Positions 19,135 to 27,489 of a stretch of DNA of 64,000 nt are shown here, piece by piece. A program made the position numbers and the translations under genes. The first letter of the stretch is position 1, and every line of letters begins with the position of its first letter. The DNA lies in the NCBI GenBank assembly GCA_031409335.1, contig JANNWY010000196.1, positions 64,001-128,000 of the forward strand, given 5' to 3'. Source of the DNA: Chthoniobacteraceae bacterium (GTDB taxonomy: Bacteria; Verrucomicrobiota; Verrucomicrobiia; Chthoniobacterales; Chthoniobacteraceae). A model generated the notes under the pieces. It searched no databases and had not been told where the DNA came from. It saw only the letters and a list, made by a program, of their open reading frames with translations.

Positions 19135-22100
19135 ATGAGATTTTCCGCCGTCGCATTCGCCATCACCGCTTTTTCGATCCCTGCTTTGCGCGCGGCGGAC
19201 GCGCCGGATTTCAATCGCGAGGTGCGGCCGATCCTCTCGAACTATTGCTTCAAATGCCACGGCCCGGATGACAAGACGCGGAAGGCAAAACTGCGGCTCG
19301 ATGTGCGCGACGAGGCGCTGAAGCCCGCGAAGTCCGGCGACCACGCGATCGTGCCGGGGAACGTCAATGAGAGCGAACTGGTGACGCGCATTTTTTCCAA
19401 GGACGAGGACGAGCTGATGCCGCCGCCCGCGACGAAAAAGGAGATGACCGACCAGCAGCGCGATGTGCTGAAACGCTGGATCGCATCGGGCGCGAAGTAT
19501 GATGCGCACTGGGCATTCCTCGCGCCGAAGCAGGCCGTGGCGATTGCGGATTGCGGATTGCGGATTGCGGATTGGGAAAAGCGCAACGCCGCTCGCGGGG
19601 CGGAACTCAGGCGGCAGCAGGTGGCGCTGGAAAAATGGCCGGAGAATCCCATCGACGAGTTCGTGCTCGATCGACTCTTGAGAGAAGGACTCACCCCTTC
19701 GCCGGACGCTGATCCGCACACGCTTTGCCGCCGGCTTTACCTCGACCTCACCGGACTGCCGCCGACACCGGAGGAGGCGCAGGCCTTTGTGGATGGGTCC
19801 CATAGGTCGAATGGGTCCCATACGACCTATGAGCAACTCGTGGACAAGCTGCTCGCCTCGCCAAAGTACGGCGAACGCTGGGCCCGCCGCTGGCTCGATC
19901 TCGCGCGCTACGCCGACACGAATGGCTACGAAAAAGATCGCAACCGCAGCATCTGGCCGTGGCGCGATTGGGTGATCAAGGCGCTGAATGCGGACATGCC
20001 GTTCGATCAATTCACGATCGAACAACTCGCGGGTGATCTGCTGCCAAATGCGACGCCCGATCAGATCGTCGCGACCGGCTTTCACCGGAACACGATGTTG
20101 AATGAAGAAGGAGGCATCGATCCGCTGGAGTTTCGTTTTCACGCGATGACCGATCGGATGGCGACGACGGGCGTGACGTGGATGGGCCTCACGGTCGGCT
20201 GCGCGCAGTGCCACACGCACAAGTTCGATCCGATCCAGCACCGCGAGTATTACCAGATGATGGCGTTCCTGAATAACGCCGACGAGCCGGAGTTCGATTT
20301 ACCCGATCCGACGGCGGCCGAGCGTGCAAAGAAGAATGCAGAGCGCGTGACGAAGCTGCTCACAGAACTGCCCGACAAGTGGCCGGTGGATGCGGGCGAC
20401 GCGCGCTGGGAGTCGCCGCGTCCGGTGGAGGTAAAGACGGAGTCGGGCGAAGTGCCGAAGCTGCTCGACGATAGTTCCGCGCTCTTCGCCGCGCCGGGGC
20501 CTGCCGCGGATGTCTGCACGTTTGTTTTTGAAACGGAGACGACCGGCATCGACCGCGTGAGGCTCGAAGCGCTGACCGATGATTCGCTGCCTGCGAAAGG
20601 GCCGGGCCGGGTCTCCCACGGAAACTTCGTGCTGACCGAAATCGTGGTGATGGCTGCACCAAAGTCGGCGCCCGAGAAGATGGAGCGCATGGCGATCGTA
20701 AGCGGGACGGCGGATGCGGAGCAGGACACTTTCCCGATCGGGAATGCCTTCGACGGAAACGATGCGACGGGTTGGGCCGTGCATGCGCCGGGCAAACCGC
20801 TGAATGCGCCGAAGACCGCGGTCTTCACCTTGAAGCAGCCAGTTGGATTTCCTGGCGGCACCCGGATCGTCGTGCGGCTCGAACAAAAGCACGGAGCCGC
20901 GCACACGATCGGGCGTCCGCGATTGAGCTTTGGCGCGCCCGCGGGCGAGCTGAAGCCGGTGACCGAGCGGCGGGGCGAGATCGTCGAGAAAAAATTTGCC
21001 GAATGGCTGGCGCGGGAGCGCTCCCGGACAGTCGCGTGGACGGTGCTCCGCCCTGTGGAGGCGAAATCGAATATGCCGCTGCTCACGTTGCAGCCCGATG
21101 GGTCGATTTTTGGAAGCGGCGACATCACGAAGGCGGACACCTACGATTTGAAATTCACGAACGTCCCGCGCGGCATCACCGCGATCCGACTGGAGGCGCT
21201 GCCCGATGAACGCCTGCCGAATCATGGACCGGGGATGACCTATTACGAAGGACCGAAGGGCGACTTTTTTCTCGGTGAATTCCAACTCAGCGCGGGCGGG
21301 CAGTCGGTGAAGTTCAGCAAAGCCACCGAGACATTTTCCAAGAACGCGATGGGTGGCACTCCAGCGCCGGCGGCGCTCGCCATCGACGGCGATCCGCAGA
21401 CCGGCTGGTCCACCGGCGGGCGCGAGGGGCAGGAAAGCGATGCCGTGTTCCGGCTCGCGGCACCGCTCGGCGAGGCGCGCGAGCTTTCGCTGAAGATGAT
21501 GTTCGGGCGCCACTACGCTTGTTCGCTCGGGCGCTTTCGGATTTCCGTCACCAACGATCCGCGGGAGATCGAGGCCCGCGAGATTCCGGATGAAATCGAG
21601 CGTCTGCTCGTGATTCCCGAGACCACGCTGACGAATGCCCAGCGCCAGGAACTGCGACAGCATTTTCTTCTCACCGCGCCAGAACTCGCCGCCGCACGTG
21701 CGGAGATCGACAACTTGCGCAAGGCCCCGTCTGCCTTCGCGTCGACTCTCGTTCTCCGCGAGCGCCCGCCGGAAAATCCGCGCCCGACCTTCATCCACAA
21801 TCGCGGCGAATTCCTGCAGCCGACGGATCGCGTCGAGCCGGGCGTTTTTGGGTTCCTTCCTGCGTTGCCGGACAAGGCTAAACCCGATCGTCTGGCCTTC
21901 GCGCGCTGGCTCGTGTCGCCGGAGAATCCGCTGACCGCGCGCGTCACCGTGAACCGCCAGTGGGCGATCCTGTTTGGGCGCGGGCTGGTGCGAACCACGG
22001 AGGATTTCGGGTATCAGGGCGAGTCGCCTTCGCATCCGGAATTGCTCGACTGGCTCGCGGTCGAATTCGTGAAGCAAGGCTGGTCGCTGAAAAAGCTGCA

Positions 22101-22803
22101 CCGTCTGATCGTAACCAGCGCGACCTACCGGCAGTCCTCGCGCGTGACGCCGAAATTGCTGGCGAAAGACGCCGAGAATAAATGGCTCGCCCGCGGACCC
22201 CGCGGACGGCTGGACGCCGAAGTCATTCGCGATTCCACGCTGCGCGCCGCCGGATTGCTCTCCGGAAAAATCGGCGGTCCGAGCGTCCGCCCGCCACAAC
22301 AGGAAGGCGTGAGCGAAGTCGCCTACGGCGGCGGAAGATGGGACGCGAGCGCGGGCGAAGATCGCTACCGCCGCGGGCTCTACACCTTCATCAAGCGCAC
22401 CGCCCCCTACGCGATGCTCACGACCTTCGACGCCCCGACCGGCGAAGCCTGCATCGCCCGCCGCGACGTTTCCAATTCCCCGCTGCAAGCCCTCACGCTA
22501 CTCAACGACATCGTCTTCATCGAAGCCGCGCAGGCGCTCGGGAAGACGCTCGCGAGCCAGCCCGGCAGCATCGACGAGCGCATCGCATCGCTCTTTCGCC
22601 AAGTCCTCACGCGCCCGCCGACCGCGGATGAAACGGCGCTGCTCGCCAAGTTTTTCGTGACGCAAAAAGCGCGCTTCGTTTCAAACGAACTCGATGCCAA
22701 AGCCATCGCCGGCGAAGGCACCGGCGACGTGAATGAACGCGCCGCGTGGACGGCGCTGGCGCGGGCGATTTTCAATCTGGATGAAGCGGTGACAAAAGAC
22801 TGA
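19135..22803 (+). CDS. Planctomycete-type cytochrome c / DUF1549 / DUF1553 protein with two duplicated inserted beta-sandwich domains
   Basis: CFKCH and CAQCH heme motifs, HWAF, NPID, GERWARRWLDLARYADT, PSHPELLDWLA, PLQALTLLN. Confidence 0.92.
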   Translation: MRFSAVAFAITAFSIPALRAADAPDFNREVRPILSNYCFKCHGPDDKTRKAKLRLDVRDEALKPAKSGDHAIVPGNVNESELVTRIFSKDEDELMPPPATKKEMTDQQRDVLKRWIASGAKYDAHWAFLAPKQAVAIADCGLRIADWEKRNAARGAELRRQQVALEKWPENPIDEFVLDRLLREGLTPSPDADPHTLCRRLYLDLTGLPPTPEEAQAFVDGSHRSNGSHTTYEQLVDKLLASPKYGERWARRWLDLARYADTNGYEKDRNRSIWPWRDWVIKALNADMPFDQFTIEQLAGDLLPNATPDQIVATGFHRNTMLNEEGGIDPLEFRFHAMTDRMATTGVTWMGLTVGCAQCHTHKFDPIQHREYYQMMAFLNNADEPEFDLPDPTAAERAKKNAERVTKLLTELPDKWPVDAGDARWESPRPVEVKTESGEVPKLLDDSSALFAAPGPAADVCTFVFETETTGIDRVRLEALTDDSLPAKGPGRVSHGNFVLTEIVVMAAPKSAPEKMERMAIVSGTADAEQDTFPIGNAFDGNDATGWAVHAPGKPLNAPKTAVFTLKQPVGFPGGTRIVVRLEQKHGAAHTIGRPRLSFGAPAGELKPVTERRGEIVEKKFAEWLARERSRTVAWTVLRPVEAKSNMPLLTLQPDGSIFGSGDITKADTYDLKFTNVPRGITAIRLEALPDERLPNHGPGMTYYEGPKGDFFLGEFQLSAGGQSVKFSKATETFSKNAMGGTPAPAALAIDGDPQTGWSTGGREGQESDAVFRLAAPLGEARELSLKMMFGRHYACSLGRFRISVTNDPREIEAREIPDEIERLLVIPETTLTNAQRQELRQHFLLTAPELAAARAEIDNLRKAPSAFASTLVLRERPPENPRPTFIHNRGEFLQPTDRVEPGVFGFLPALPDKAKPDRLAFARWLVSPENPLTARVTVNRQWAILFGRGLVRTTEDFGYQGESPSHPELLDWLAVEFVKQGWSLKKLHRLIVTSATYRQSSRVTPKLLAKDAENKWLARGPRGRLDAEVIRDSTLRAAGLLSGKIGGPSVRPPQQEGVSEVAYGGGRWDASAGEDRYRRGLYTFIKRTAPYAMLTTFDAPTGEACIARRDVSNSPLQALTLLNDIVFIEAAQALGKTLASQPGSIDERIASLFRQVLTRPPTADETALLAKFFVTQKARFVSNELDAKAIAGEGTGDVNERAAWTALARAIFNLDEAVTKD
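19542..19576 (+). repeat. Heptamer tandem repeat (GATTGCG)x4 plus GATTGGG, in frame within a CDS
   Basis: Read directly; encodes IADCGLRIADW. Confidence 0.9.
19793..19831. repeat. Palindromic / direct-repeat element in frame within a CDS
   Basis: ATGGGTCCCATA twice; CATAGGTCG and CGACCTATG arms. Confidence 0.85.
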
Positions 22804-22836
22804 CGGCGGGTCCTCCGCGGCTTTCGGCACGATGTG

Positions 22837-22864
22837 AAAGCGGTGAAGGAATCACCGCAGTCCA
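22837..22864. repeat. REP-like hairpin element
   Basis: AAAGCGGTGA-AGGAA-TCACCGCAGTCCA; 7-bp stem downstream of the DUF1553 gene. Confidence 0.55.
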
Positions 22865-22953
22865 GAGCCTTCGGCGGCACCGATATTTCCCGTCGCGCGC
22901 GCCGGATTCAAGGAAAGCTGGAAGTCGCGGTTTGAATGTTGGACCCTCGCCAA

Positions 22954-25008
22954 ATGCACGTGATCCCCACCTTTCTCAGACGGTTCATCAGCGCGGGACT
23001 CGCGCTCGCTTTTCCCGCGACCGGCGACGCCGGCGGCTCGCTCCCGGCTGGCTTCAGCGAATCCGTCTTGGTCTCCGGCCTCACTCAGCCGGTGAGCATC
23101 GCGTGGGCGCCGGATGGCAGCCAGCGGCTCTTCGTCACCGAGAAAGCTGGCGGCATTCGCGTGATCCGAAATGGCGCGCCGCTCGCGACCCCGTTCGCCA
23201 TTTTTCCTCAGCTCTACACGCAGAGCGAATGCGGCGTCCTCGGGCTGTGCTTCGATCCAAATTACGTCGCGAACCGCCACGTGTATGTCTTCGTCACGAT
23301 CTCCGCTTCGGAGCAGCGCATCGTGCGTTTCACCGATGTCGGAAACCGCGGCACCGAGCGCACGAATATCCTGACGGGCTTGCCGACGCTCGGCGTGAAC
23401 CACAACGGCGGCGCGCTGGGCTTTGGCCACGATGGAAAACTGTACTGGGCAATCGGCGACAACGGCGCGAAGCGCGGGGTCGATGGCGATCTGGCGAGCC
23501 TCGCGGCGAAAGTGGGGCGCGCGAATGCGGACGGCAGCGTGCCTTTGGGCAATCCCTTCGCCGACGGCTCCGGGCCGAATAACGACTACATTTGGGCGAC
23601 GGGTTTTCGCAATCCGTTCACGATGACTTTCCAGCCGCGCTCAGGAAAACTCTGGCTGAATGTGGTCGGGTCGAATGCCGAGGGACAGACCGTTCCGAAC
23701 AGCGGCCCTGGCTACGAGCAGATCTTCGCGCTCAATGCGGGCGAAGACGGCGGCTACGATGACTACGAGGGAAACCAGCCGAATGGCAGCCGCTACAACA
23801 CGCCCTTCGCGCGGCCCTTTGCGCATCCGGCTTTGCAGTATAGAACGAGGCCGTTGACCGGCGGCGCGGTGGGCGTGCAGACGCCTGTTCAGGTGCTCGG
23901 GATTTCGCGCTCGACCGGCGTGGATGTCGTTCTGACCGCCACGCCCCATCCGTATTTCACGGGAAACGTCGTGCGGATCACCGGCACAACCGACGCGACT
24001 TTCGACCGCACGTTCGTGGTTCGATCGGTGCCGAGTGCGACGACGTTCACCGCGTTCGATGCCGGAGCCGATGGCAGCGCGAGCGGCGGACAGGCGGCGG
24101 CGCTCTCCTTTGGCAGCAGCATCACGGGCGGCACATTTTATGACAGCAGCGCTTTCCCGGCTGGATCCCGAGGCAACTTTTTCTTCGGCGATTTCACCAG
24201 CGGCCTGCTGATCCGCGCGAAAGTCAATGAAAGGGGCAAAACCTCCGATGTTTCAGTCTTCAGCACGGGCCAGGGCTCGCCCGTCGATCTCGCGGTCGGG
24301 CCGGATGGCGCGCTTTACGTTGCCGACTTCGCCGCGGGAGCCATCCGCCGGATCGCGTGGACGCAAGCGCCCGCCGACCTCCTCGTCACGCCCACCGTTT
24401 TCAAAATGCGCGAAGGCGGACAAGCAAACTTCGCCGTGCGGCTCGGCAGCGCGCCGATCGTCCCGGTCGTCGTGACGACGCACGGCGCGTCGCAAAATCA
24501 AAACGCGGTCGTCACCGCGGGTGAAATGCTCACCTTCAACGCGACGAACTGGAACGTCCCGCAGCCCGTCACGATCGCCGCCGCCACCGACGCGGACGAC
24601 GATGACGAAAGCAGCGAGTTCGTTCTCACCGCGCCGGGACTCGCGGCGGAGACGGTGAGCGTGAGCATCACGGACACGAGCGCTGAAGCGCCGCTGCTTT
24701 CGGTGAATACTTTGACCATCAATGAAGGCAGCGGCGGCAATGTTTTTGTGAGCCTGCCGCAGCGACCCGCGGGCAATGTGACGCTCAGCGTGCGGCGCAC
24801 TTTGGGAATCGCCGCGCGCGTCGTCCACGGTGGGGCGCTCGTGTTCACTCCGGCAAATTTTGCGACGCCTCAGCGCGTTACGATTTACGCGAATCAGGAC
24901 GTGAATACGCGGGATGCGGTCGTGCGTTTCATCATCGGCGGCCGCGGCTACACGGCGCGCGGGATCACCGTCAACGCGCTCGACAACGATCCGCTGCGCG
25001 CGCCTTGA
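22954..25008 (+). CDS. Secreted PQQ-dependent glucose/sorbosone dehydrogenase-family protein with Calx-beta-like C-terminal domains
   Basis: GLTQPVSIAWAPDG, GVLGLCFDPNY, HNGGALGFGHDGKLYWAIGD, GFRNPF; two LTF..NW.VPQ.VTI-type repeats. Confidence 0.85.
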   Translation: MHVIPTFLRRFISAGLALAFPATGDAGGSLPAGFSESVLVSGLTQPVSIAWAPDGSQRLFVTEKAGGIRVIRNGAPLATPFAIFPQLYTQSECGVLGLCFDPNYVANRHVYVFVTISASEQRIVRFTDVGNRGTERTNILTGLPTLGVNHNGGALGFGHDGKLYWAIGDNGAKRGVDGDLASLAAKVGRANADGSVPLGNPFADGSGPNNDYIWATGFRNPFTMTFQPRSGKLWLNVVGSNAEGQTVPNSGPGYEQIFALNAGEDGGYDDYEGNQPNGSRYNTPFARPFAHPALQYRTRPLTGGAVGVQTPVQVLGISRSTGVDVVLTATPHPYFTGNVVRITGTTDATFDRTFVVRSVPSATTFTAFDAGADGSASGGQAAALSFGSSITGGTFYDSSAFPAGSRGNFFFGDFTSGLLIRAKVNERGKTSDVSVFSTGQGSPVDLAVGPDGALYVADFAAGAIRRIAWTQAPADLLVTPTVFKMREGGQANFAVRLGSAPIVPVVVTTHGASQNQNAVVTAGEMLTFNATNWNVPQPVTIAAATDADDDDESSEFVLTAPGLAAETVSVSITDTSAEAPLLSVNTLTINEGSGGNVFVSLPQRPAGNVTLSVRRTLGIAARVVHGGALVFTPANFATPQRVTIYANQDVNTRDAVVRFIIGGRGYTARGITVNALDNDPLRAP

Positions 25009-25024
25009 TTCCGCAAGATTGCGC

Positions 25025-25052
25025 TTGTCGGCCCGATGTCCGCCCCTACTCT
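25025..25052 (+). promoter_or_regulatory. Putative sigma70 promoter of the riboswitch leader
   Basis: TTGTCG-N16-TACTCT directly upstream of the aptamer. Confidence 0.45.
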
Positions 25053-25080
25053 CCGCCGCAGTTCTTTGCGAGTCATAGTC

Positions 25081-25326
25081 AGTGAATGGATGAAAGGAAT
25101 TCCGTGAGAATCGGAAACAGTTGCGCTGCTGTAACTGGATACGACTTCCCAATGCCAATCTCTTAAAACCGATTCGTCGGTCGCGGAGGTGAAGGCGGGA
25201 AGGAGGTGTGTGGAGACCGGGTGACCGGGCTTCGCCGAATGCCAGAAGTCAGAACATTTCCACCGTTCACTCTCATTCGTCCCCGCGTGTGCGGGCAGGC
25301 GAAAAACCTTCTTCGCAAGAAAGAAG
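25081..25326 (+). ncRNA. Cobalamin (B12) riboswitch, divergent
   Basis: Closing helix AGTGAATGG/CCGTTCACT; AAAGGAA; P4 TTCCG-TGAGAAT-CGGAA; ACAG-TTGCGC-TGCTGTAA; CTTCCC/GGGAAG; GCCA..GAAGGC; B12 box AAGTCAGAA; downstream hairpin CTTCTT-CGCAAGA-AAGAAG whose loop complements L5 TTGCG. Confidence 0.88.
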
Positions 25327-25408
25327 AATGAGGGCACCACATCGCTCGCCGCGCGGCATTCGCCGTCGCGTCGTGGGTTGGTCTCTCCATCACAAACAAG
25401 AGACATCC

Positions 25409-26209
25409 ATGAAAATGAAATCCATCGCCGTCGCGGGCATCCTCGCGTCGGTTTCCATCGTCAACGCAACCGCCGCCGTCATCGACTTCGACGACCTCAC
25501 CGTGCCACTGAGTGGCTACGAAAACGGGGCGAATCTCGCGGGCGGCTTCACCAGCCGGGGCGCGGGCTTTAACAATTCCTACGAGAGCATGTTTGGCTCG
25601 TGGGACGGGTTTGCCTACTCGACCAACGGCAATACCACGACGGCCGGCTTCCTGAATCAATACAGCGTCTTCACTGGCGGCGGCAGCGATGCGAACGGCA
25701 GCGTCGTGGCGGGCAATGTGTTTGCGCTCGGCTTCGTGGGATTCACCGTGCCGGCGATCTCGCTCGCGGCGGATCAATCGCGCCCGCTTTCGCTGCGCGT
25801 GACGAATACGACCTACGCGGCGCTTTCCATGGCGAATGGCGACGCGTTTTCAAAAAAGTTCGGTGGCGTCAGCGGCAATGATCCCGACTTTTTCAAACTC
25901 ACCGTGACCGCGCTGGATGCGAGCGATGCGCTGATCGGGACGCTGGATGTCTTCCTCGCCGACTTCCGTTTTGCCGACAACTCGCAGGACTACATCCTGG
26001 ATACTTGGACGGCAGTGGACCTTTCGTCGTTCGGCAGCGGAGTGGGTGAATTGCAATTCACGCTCGCCTCTTCCGACAACGGCCTGTTTGGCATGAATAC
26101 ACCCGCGTATTTCGCGATCGATAACGTCGTCGCCGTGCCGGAGCCGGGCGCGGTCGCACTCTTGCTGACGGCCCTCGCCGCGATCGGTTCACGCCGTCGT
26201 TGGAGCTGA
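25409..26209 (+). CDS. DUF4465 (BtuJ-like, putative B12-binding) PEP-CTERM surface protein
   Basis: Signal peptide; FNNSY..WDGFAYS, NQYS, TNTTYAALSMANGDAFSKKFGG..DFFKL, LADFR, W..VDL, GMNTPAYFAID; VPEPG-TM-RRR. Confidence 0.85.
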   Translation: MKMKSIAVAGILASVSIVNATAAVIDFDDLTVPLSGYENGANLAGGFTSRGAGFNNSYESMFGSWDGFAYSTNGNTTTAGFLNQYSVFTGGGSDANGSVVAGNVFALGFVGFTVPAISLAADQSRPLSLRVTNTTYAALSMANGDAFSKKFGGVSGNDPDFFKLTVTALDASDALIGTLDVFLADFRFADNSQDYILDTWTAVDLSSFGSGVGELQFTLASSDNGLFGMNTPAYFAIDNVVAVPEPGAVALLLTALAAIGSRRRWS

Positions 26210-26211
26210 AA

Positions 26212-27489
26212 ATGAAAGCCACCCCGCTCCATCTGCTGGCGCCCGCCGTGATGTTTTTTCACGGCGGGCTGCTCGCGGGTCCGTACTCCGCGGGCCTGAA
26301 CGATCCGGCGAACGCGAGTGATGCGCCGGTGCCGGGATTTGTGGGGCTCGACGGGATCGGCGGCGTGCCGTTTGAGGACGAATTTGGCGAGCCCATCAAT
26401 GCGCGAAACTATGTGAATCCGCTTTTTTTTGGCTGGGCGTCCTCGTTTTCCGGGTACTCGCGCCCGGCCGACGTAAGCCAATTTTGGGGCAATGCGGGAA
26501 AATCACTCGGGCCGGTGACGGGCAACAATATCCACATCGTTTCCCTCGGCGATCTGAGCGCCGCGCAGATCGGCGGCGGCGCGCTGCCGGGCTCGATCAC
26601 GCTGCATTTTGCGAATCCGATTCGCAATCTGACCGGCGCGGATTTTACCGTTTTTGAAAATGCGCTGATCGAGATCGGCAGCGGGATTTTCGGTGAACTC
26701 GGATACGTCGAGGCGTCGAGCGACGGCGTGAATTTCGTCCGCTTTCCCTCGGCCTCGCTCACCGCGGCCGCAGTCGGCGCGTATGGCACGTTTGATCCGA
26801 CGGATGTCTTCAATCTCGCTGGTAAACATGTGAACGGGGACGGCGATTCGTGGGGCACGCCGTTCGATCTCACGGCGGTCGGGCTCGCGAGCGCGAGTCA
26901 CATTCGCATCGTGGATATTCCGGGTAGCGGCGCGTTTCGCGACAGCGCGAACCGCCCGATTTACGATGCGTGGGTGACGTTCGGCTCGGGCGGCTTCGAT
27001 CTGGAAGCGGTCGGCGCGATTTCGCGCGCGATCGCGTTCGATCAATGGCAAACCGTGCGCGGACTCGTCGGCGCGCAGCGCGGTGCGGCCGTGGATTTGG
27101 ACCGGGACGGTGTTCCGAATTTCCTCGAATACGCCTTCGCGCGACTACCCGATCGCGTGGACGAAACTCCGACTCCCACGACCACGGAAATCGCCGCCGG
27201 GCGACTCGTGATCACCTTTACCCGCGATGAACGCGCGTCCGATCTCGTGTATGAAGTGCAGGCCGCGAACGATCTCGCCGCAAACGCGTGGACAACGATC
27301 GCGCAAAGCACGGCAGGCGCGCCGACCGTGGCTGCGGGCGCGTTCACGCCGGCGATCACCGAGACGAGTGCGAGCGCGATCGCGAGCGTCGGCGTGCTGC
27401 GCAAAGTGCGCGTCGCGGATGTGCAGACCGTGGCCGGAAATGCGCGTCGCTTTTTACGCATCAAAGTGACAAGCATCCCGGTGCCATGA
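26212..27489 (+). CDS. Cell-surface jelly-roll protein (BtuH-like) with C-terminal verrucomicrobial-type domain
   Basis: VSLGD, GSITLHF..IRNLTGADFTVFEN, ELGYVEASSDG, GTPFDL, IRIVD, SGGFDLEAV; tail LVITFTR..YEVQ..DL..W..FLRIKV. Confidence 0.75.
   Translation: MKATPLHLLAPAVMFFHGGLLAGPYSAGLNDPANASDAPVPGFVGLDGIGGVPFEDEFGEPINARNYVNPLFFGWASSFSGYSRPADVSQFWGNAGKSLGPVTGNNIHIVSLGDLSAAQIGGGALPGSITLHFANPIRNLTGADFTVFENALIEIGSGIFGELGYVEASSDGVNFVRFPSASLTAAAVGAYGTFDPTDVFNLAGKHVNGDGDSWGTPFDLTAVGLASASHIRIVDIPGSGAFRDSANRPIYDAWVTFGSGGFDLEAVGAISRAIAFDQWQTVRGLVGAQRGAAVDLDRDGVPNFLEYAFARLPDRVDETPTPTTTEIAAGRLVITFTRDERASDLVYEVQAANDLAANAWTTIAQSTAGAPTVAAGAFTPAITETSASAIASVGVLRKVRVADVQTVAGNARRFLRIKVTSIPVP

Noticed and set aside
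19542..19831. CRISPR array
   Set aside because: Repeats are 7-12 nt with no unique spacers and no cas genes; no array seen anywhere in the window
20299..22488. Long antisense or alternate-frame ORFs (also 8315-9928, 13552-15087, 34876-36999, 54782-56323, 56101-57831)
   Set aside because: Shadow ORFs opposite clearly identified genes; Arg/Ala-rich with no motifs, as expected in high-GC DNA
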